From the NCBI RefSeq assembly GCF_009914755.1, contig NC_060939.1: a stretch of DNA of 64,000 nt; one strand, given 5' to 3'. Positions within the stretch are counted from its first letter, which is position 1. Each line of letters opens with the position of its first letter. Of this stretch, positions 52,701 to 64,000 are shown piece by piece. Source of the DNA: the human T2T-CHM13v2.0 reference genome, Homo sapiens. The translations under genes were made by a program, and so were the position numbers. The notes beneath the pieces were generated by a model. The model did not search any database, was not told the origin of the DNA, and was given only the letters and a program-made list of their open reading frames with translations.

Positions 52701-54490
52701 AAATACTAGACTTAATTGTACTTTGACCAAATGGACCTAATATACATAGGCAGAACATCCCATCAAAAGCAATACATTTTTTTCTAGTCCACATGGATCA
52801 TTATCCAGGATAGGCCATATGTTAAACCACAAAACAAGTCGTCTTAACAAATTTAAGAAGATTCAAATTGTACCTATTGTTGTTTCAGATCACTATGATA
52901 TAAAACTAGAAATCAATAAAATGAATCCTGAAAATTTCATAAATAAATGGCAATTAAATAACATGCTCCAAAATAAGTCATGAGTTAAAGAAGAAATCAA
53001 AAAGGAAATTAAAAAATATCTTGGGACAAACAACAATAGAAACGCAACACAGCAAAATCTATGGGTTGCAGCAAAAGCAGTTGTAAGAGGGAAGTTTATA
53101 GTTTCTGCATAGCAAAGAAAAAAATCAATAAAACATCAGCCTAAGGAATGGGGCAAAATATTTAGTCCATATATCTAATAGAGAGTTAATATCCAAAATA
53201 TAAAGAACTAGGCTAGCCACGGTGGCTCATGCCTGTAATCCCAGCACTTTGGGAGGCAAAAGCGGGCGGATCACTTGAGGTCAGGAGTTCGAAAATCAGC
53301 CACGCATGGTGGCACACACCTATAATCCCAGCTACTCGGGTGGCTGAAGCACAAGAATCACTTGAACCTGGGAAGTGGAGGCTGCAGTGAGCCAAAATCA
53401 TGCCACTTCACTCCAGCCTGGACAAGAGAACAAGATTCTGTCTCAAAAAGGAAAAAAAAAACAAAAACAAAAAACAAGAAAAATATATATATTTAAAAAA
53501 ACCTCATACAACTCAATAGTAGAAAAACAAACTGATTTTAAAATGGGTAAAGAATCGCCATAGACATTTCTCCAAAGAAGTCATAGTCAGTAGATATATG
53601 GAAAGGTGATGTACACCATTAATCATCAGAGAAATGAACATTAAAACCATTATGAAATACTAACTCACACCCATTAGATGACTATTATCAAAAGGTCAAA
53701 AAACAAATGTTGGTGAGGGTATGGAGAAAAGGGAACTCTTTTACACTGTTGTTGAGAGTGTGGCTTGGTACAGCCATCTGGAAAACAGGATGGAGGTTTC
53801 TAAAGAAATTTAAAATAGAACTACCATAGGACCCAGCTGATCCCTCTTCTGGCAATATACCCAAAGGAAATGGAATCACCACCTCATAAAGATATTTGCA
53901 CTTCCATGTTTCCTATGGCATTATTCATAATAGCCAAGATATGAAAGGAAACTAAGTGTCCATCAAAGAAACAATGATAAAGAAACTGTAGTATACATAC
54001 CATTTAGCCCTAAAAGGAACAAGACATTGTCATTTGCCACAATATGGATGAGCCTAGAGAACAATATCCTAAGTAAAATGAGCCACACATGGAAAGAAAA
54101 ATATTGCATGATCTCACTTATATGTGAAATCTTAAAAAAAATTCAATTATACAGAGATAGAAAACAAGGTATTAGTTATCACGGGTGTGCATAAGAGGGA
54201 GAGGGCAGAAAAGAGGAGACGTAGATCAGAGGATACAAAACTGCAGATATGTAAGATGAACAAGTCTAGAGATCTAATGTACAACAGGAGGGCTATAGGT
54301 AATAAAATTGTACAGTACTGGGATTTGTGATAAATGAGATTTTAGTTGCCCTTGCCACTAAAACAAATAAAATGGGTAACTATGTGAGAAGATAGATATG
54401 TTAGTTCGCTTCACTATAGTAAACCTTTTACTATCTATATGTACACTACAACATTATGATGTATACCTTAAATAAACAACAAATAAAAAC
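49790..54490 (+). mobile_element. L1MA-type element: repetitive 5'UTR, degenerate ORF1, internally deleted ORF2 and 3'UTR
   Basis: C-rich UTR 49790-51170, ORF1-like region about 51200-52100, ORF2 pieces, 3'UTR gaacaagtctagagatctaatgtacaac..gggtaactatgtgag. Confidence 0.75.
53211..53481 (+). mobile_element. Alu with internal deletion of the left-arm end
   Basis: caggagttcg is joined directly to aaaatcagcc. Confidence 0.85.
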
Positions 54491-54728
54491 TATTTTTTAA
54501 AAAACCTAAGGCAGATATCTTTAATAGTTAATTGTGGAACCCATTCCTTATAAATAAGATGCCCACTAACGAAACAAAAGGCATAAAGATGAGGAAAAAA
54601 ATCCCAACTATATATTGGTAGATTATATGTTTATTTACGTAGAAAACGCTAAAAAAAATCTAAGATTAATTATTAGAATGCTTAACAGAATTTATTGTGG
54701 TTGCTGAAACAAAATAAATGGTATTTCT

Positions 54729-59880
<5,152 letters not shown>

Positions 59881-59896
59881 AATAAATGGTATTTCT

Positions 59897-60926
59897 AAAC
59901 ACCAGCAACATACAAATTTTAAAAGCACTTAAGAGATTCTATTTATAATTGTATAACAGGATAAAATAGTAACTAAAAAATATCATAAAATGTGTACAAA
60001 AAATAAAATACTTAGGAATAAACATAACAAGATGAGAAAAACAGATGCAATGAAAACTACAAAACATTGTTGAAAGGAACTGAAGACACAAATAAATGGA
60101 AAGACATCATGTTTTCATGGACTGAAAAACTCAACACTGTTAAATTAAGATGGCCATATTGGCTGCCTCATCCTTTACAAGCAGCCCACCCTGAATTCTC
60201 TCTCTTAGTGTATACATTAAAAAAAAAAAAAGCCATACTTCCCAAAACAATCTATAGATTGAATGCAATCCCTATCAAAATCCCAATGACTTCTTTTTTA
60301 CAAAAATTAAAAAATGCACATGAATCTCAAAGGATCCTCAAGCCAAAACAATCTTGAAAAGAACAAAGAGGCTCACATATCCTGATTTCAAAACTTACTA
60401 CAAAACTACAGTAATCAAAACAGTATGGACTACCATAAAAACAGACATGTATATAGTCCAATGAAACAGAACAGCGAGCCAAGAAATACAGCCATTGTAT
60501 GTAAGTCAAATAATTTCAACAAAGATGACAAAACCATTCAATAGAGAAAGGACAGTCTTTTCAACAAGAAGTGATGGGAAAACTGAGTATGTGCAAAAGA
60601 ATGAAGTTGAACCCTTACCTTATACGATATACAAAAATTAACTAAAACTATCCAAGATCTAAACATAAGACCTAAAAGTATAAAAATGTTACAAGAAAAT
60701 CCAGGGAGAAAACTTCACAACATTGGATTTGGCTATGATTTATTGAATATGACAAAAAAAAAAGTAAAGGCAACAAAAACAACAACAACAAAAATAGAGA
60801 AATTGAACTATGTCCAAATTTAAAACTTTTGTTCTTCAATAGACAATATCAACAAAATGAAAAGTCAACCTACAGAATGGGAGAAAATATCAGTAAATTC
60901 TATCTTTGATAAAGGGTTAATGTCTA

Positions 60927-60979
<53 letters not shown>

Positions 60980-62900
60980 TCTATAACCCAACAAGAAAAT
61001 AACCAGATTAAAAAATAGGCAAAGGACCTAAGTGGTAACCTGTCCCCAAAAATATAAAGAAATGGCCAATAAGCACATGAAAAGATGCTTAAGGTCACTA
61101 ATCACTAGGGAAATGCAAATCAAAACCAGAATGAGATGCCACTTCACACTCTTCAATAAGGCTATTTTTAGAAAAACAAAATAACAAGCATTGGTGAGGA
61201 TGTGGAACCCTTGTGCAATGCTGCTGAGAACATAAAAATGGTACAGCTGCTATGAAAAACAGTAGGGTTCTCTTCAAAAAAAAACCAATAAAATTAGTAT
61301 ATGATCCAACCACTTCACTCTTGGAATTAAAAAGCAGAGACTAAAACATACATTTGTAACACCCGTGTTTATAGCAGCATTATTCACAATAGTCAAAAGG
61401 TAGAAGCAACTCAAGTTGCTTCAACAAAGAAATGAATAAATAAAATGTGGTATTATACATACAATGAAATACTATTCAGTCTTAAAAAGGAAGAAAATCC
61501 TGACACATGCTACAACATGGATGAAACTTGAAGACATTAGGATAAGTCACAAAAGGACAAATACCGTATGATTCCACTTATATAAGATCCCTAAAGCAGT
61601 CACATTCATAGAAACAGAAAGTAGCATGACGATTGTCAGAGGCAAGTGGGGGTATGGAATGGAGAGAATAGGGAGTTACTACTTAGTAGATAGAACACTT
61701 CAGTCTCGGAAACTGAAAAAATTTCTGGGTACAGATGGTGGTGATAGTTTCATAAAAATATCAATGTACTCAAGGCCACTGGACTGTAAACTTAAAAATG
61801 ATTAAAATGATAAATTTCATGCTATTTATATTTTTTGCCACAATAGAAAAGCATACAAAAATCCTTTATAGAAAAAAAAATTTCTACTTGGCTTGAACAT
61901 GTAAGTTTGATGAAAGGATATAAAGATGTTCTGAAAGACCTAAATCAGTAGAAAAACATTTAGTAGCATGCTCATAAATTAAAATATTCAACATAAAAAT
62001 ATCAATCTTAACACCTGAATTTATAGATTCAATGCAATTCCAATCAAAATTTTATAGTTTATTTTTAAATATAGAACTGAGCAAGCTGATTCTAAAACTA
62101 ACACAGACATGAAATAGGGCCAGGACAGTCCTAATAAAAAATAAGGTGAAGGATAGTTCCAGACACCAACAATTATTATAAAGCTTTGATAACTAAGGCA
62201 GATGACAAACAAATTCATCACTGGACCAGAACACAACAGTCCACGAGCAGACCCACACATATATAAAAACTTGGCTTATGTTAGAAAGCCTTGCAGATCA
62301 GTAGGGAAAAAATGCATTTTTCAATAAAGTATGCTAGAATAATTGGGTATCCACATGGAGAAAATGAAGTAAGACTCCTACCTCTAAATACACAATAAAA
62401 CCAATTGCAGATAGATAAAGACTATAAAAGATAAAACTATAAAATTTTGAAGAATGTCTTATGACTTAGGATAGAAAAAGATTTCATAAATAAGACCAAA
62501 AGGCATAAATTATAGTTTGTTCAGTTCTACTAAACTGCAACCAAGAGTTATGCTAATCAAAAAACATCATAAAGAAAGAAAAAAGGTAAGACACAACCTA
62601 TAGGTATATTTGCAATATATGTAACTAACAAAGACTTAGTATCTAGTAAAGATAATCCCTAAACATCAATAAGAAAAAAAAGACCCCAATACAGGAATGA
62701 ACAAAAATTTGAATAGGCACTTTGCATAAAAAAACCCTGAACAGCTCATAAACATGTGAAAAAGTTGTTCAGCCTTATTATTAATCAGGGACAAGTAGAA
62801 AAGCAAATTAAAACCACAAAGAGCTATCTTTTCACATCTACCAACTTCGCTATAATTCAGAAGTCACAAAATATCACGTCAGTAAGGTCACACCAATAAA
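59897..62900 (+). mobile_element. Degenerate L1M ORF2 and 3'UTR fragments (at least two elements)
   Basis: [26 protein letters not shown] peptide at 60067-60357 and L1MB-like 3'UTR at about 61500-61850. Confidence 0.7.
60929..60974. repeat. (AT)n microsatellite, about 23 units
   Basis: Read directly. Confidence 0.93.
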
Positions 62901-63206
62901 AGGGACTTAGGCTTGGCCAATTATATGTTTTTTCCTGTGTCTTTAAATCTTAAACAAGTGATTAAAACTAAGGGATAACTGAAGGTCATACATCATAATC
63001 AGAGTGGCAACATGCTGACCAGACTATTTCCATCAAAAAAAAAAAAAAAAAAATCCACTGCTGTGACTCTTGTGATCTAGACTTTCATGTCTGACAGAAC
63101 ATTTCCAAACTTGGTCCTCTAACCTTTTACTAATTATGCCCTCAGTATCTTCCCCAAAAGTCTCTTTTGCTGAAGCCATCCAGAATCAAATTATATATTT
63201 TTTGAT

Positions 63207-63327
63207 TTGAGTGTGGTGGTACACACCTGTAGTCCAAGCTACTCAGGAGGGTGAGGTGGGAGGATCACTTGAGTCAGAGAGTTCAAGATCAACCTGGGGA
63301 ACATCGCAAAACCTCATCTCAAAAAAA
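63207..63327 (+). mobile_element. FLAM/Alu monomer
   Basis: gtggtggtacacacctgtagtcc..gagttcaagatcaacctgg followed by an A tail. Confidence 0.8.
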
Positions 63328-63412
63328 CTCTACATGACAGTAAATGGCTTTAAGACCTCAACTTGAATATTCACTCAGTGCAAAATGTTCATCAAGATAG
63401 CAAATGAGATAC

Positions 63413-63555
63413 CTAGCTCTTTCCCGGGCTGCATCCTCACGGGCTTTTTCCTTTTCTTGCCTCTGTTGTTCAATTCGGGCTTCTTGTTCTTTCCTCTTCA
63501 TTAACAATTCTTCTACACGGGCCTGCCGCTCTGCCTCTAGAGCTCTCTTGCGTTC
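63413..63555 (-). CDS. SCAPER: SCAPER internal coding exon, 143 nt (ERKRALEAERQARVEELLMKRKEQEARIEQQRQEKEKAREDAARERA-R), charged helical region
   Basis: Manual translation of the reverse complement. Acceptor CATTAG|GAA, donor CTAG|GTATCT. Ends in phase 2, matching the next exon. Peptide recognised as SCAPER. Confidence 0.96.
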
Positions 63556-63820
63556 CTAATGTTAGAAATATTTGTTTCCAATATTAGAATTATGTGTAAA
63601 ATAAAAATGATTCAAAGTAATATACCTTTCACCAAACTTACATGTTCAAGCCAAGTAGAAACATGGGCTTGCCACTAGGTACTCTGCTTCTTAAAGTTTA
63701 AACAAAAATCAAATAGCAATGATATCTGGTTTCTGAAAGTCATTTACCAGTGTTACACATAATTCAGTAAAGACTTGCTTTTTTATACAAACACTGTGTT
63801 ATACTTGTTTTGTGGGAACT

Positions 63821-64000
63821 TGTGATGGTTAATCAGCTGCCAGCGAGGCTAGAATATAAAGCAGGCAGAAAAATATGAAAAGAGAGACTGGCCTAGCCTA
63901 CCAGCCTACATCCTTCAGCCGTGCTGGATGCTTCCTGCCCTCAAACATCAGACTCCAAGTTCTTCAGTTTTGGAACTCGGACTGGCTCTCCTTACTCCTC
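63821..64000 (+). mobile_element. MLT2A-type (ERVL) LTR, 5' part; runs off the window
   Basis: tgtgatggttaat start, cagctgccagc..gactggcctagcct..gctggatgcttcctgccctc..cagactccaagttcttcag. Confidence 0.85.

Noticed and set aside
48615-54728. Inversion of the DNA between the oppositely oriented L1s
   Set aside because: Each L1 retains its own matched TSD pair and the host L1M is colinear across both insertions.

Overview
Primate (catarrhine/hominoid-like) genomic DNA lying wholly inside the gene SCAPER (S-phase cyclin A-associated protein in the ER, ZNF291) on the minus strand. Five internal coding exons (63413-63555, 40708-40789, 37655-37807, 36562-36669, 459-595) splice together in frame through GT-AG introns. 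They encode the E/R/K-rich helical region, the CX2CX12HX5H zinc finger and a basic stretch. The rest is intron, packed with L1, Alu, L2, MIR, MaLR/ERVL LTR and Tigger-type repeats, and nearly all ORFs in the supplied track are repeat-derived. The main oddities are as follows. (1) A full-length L1 inserted from a spliced RNA (5'UTR donor joined to the acceptor inside ORF1; SpIRE 97/976 type). (2) A 5'-inverted L1 carrying a 3' transduction. (3) Neighbouring L1 copies that share private variants in patches. (4) A 28-bp unique flank copied between two inverted Alus. (5) A local inverted duplication with a palindromic junction. (6) Candidate recursive AG|GT splice sites in the 36-kb intron. No new gene system was found. 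Repeat subfamily names come from remembered consensus sequences and old-repeat boundaries are approximate.
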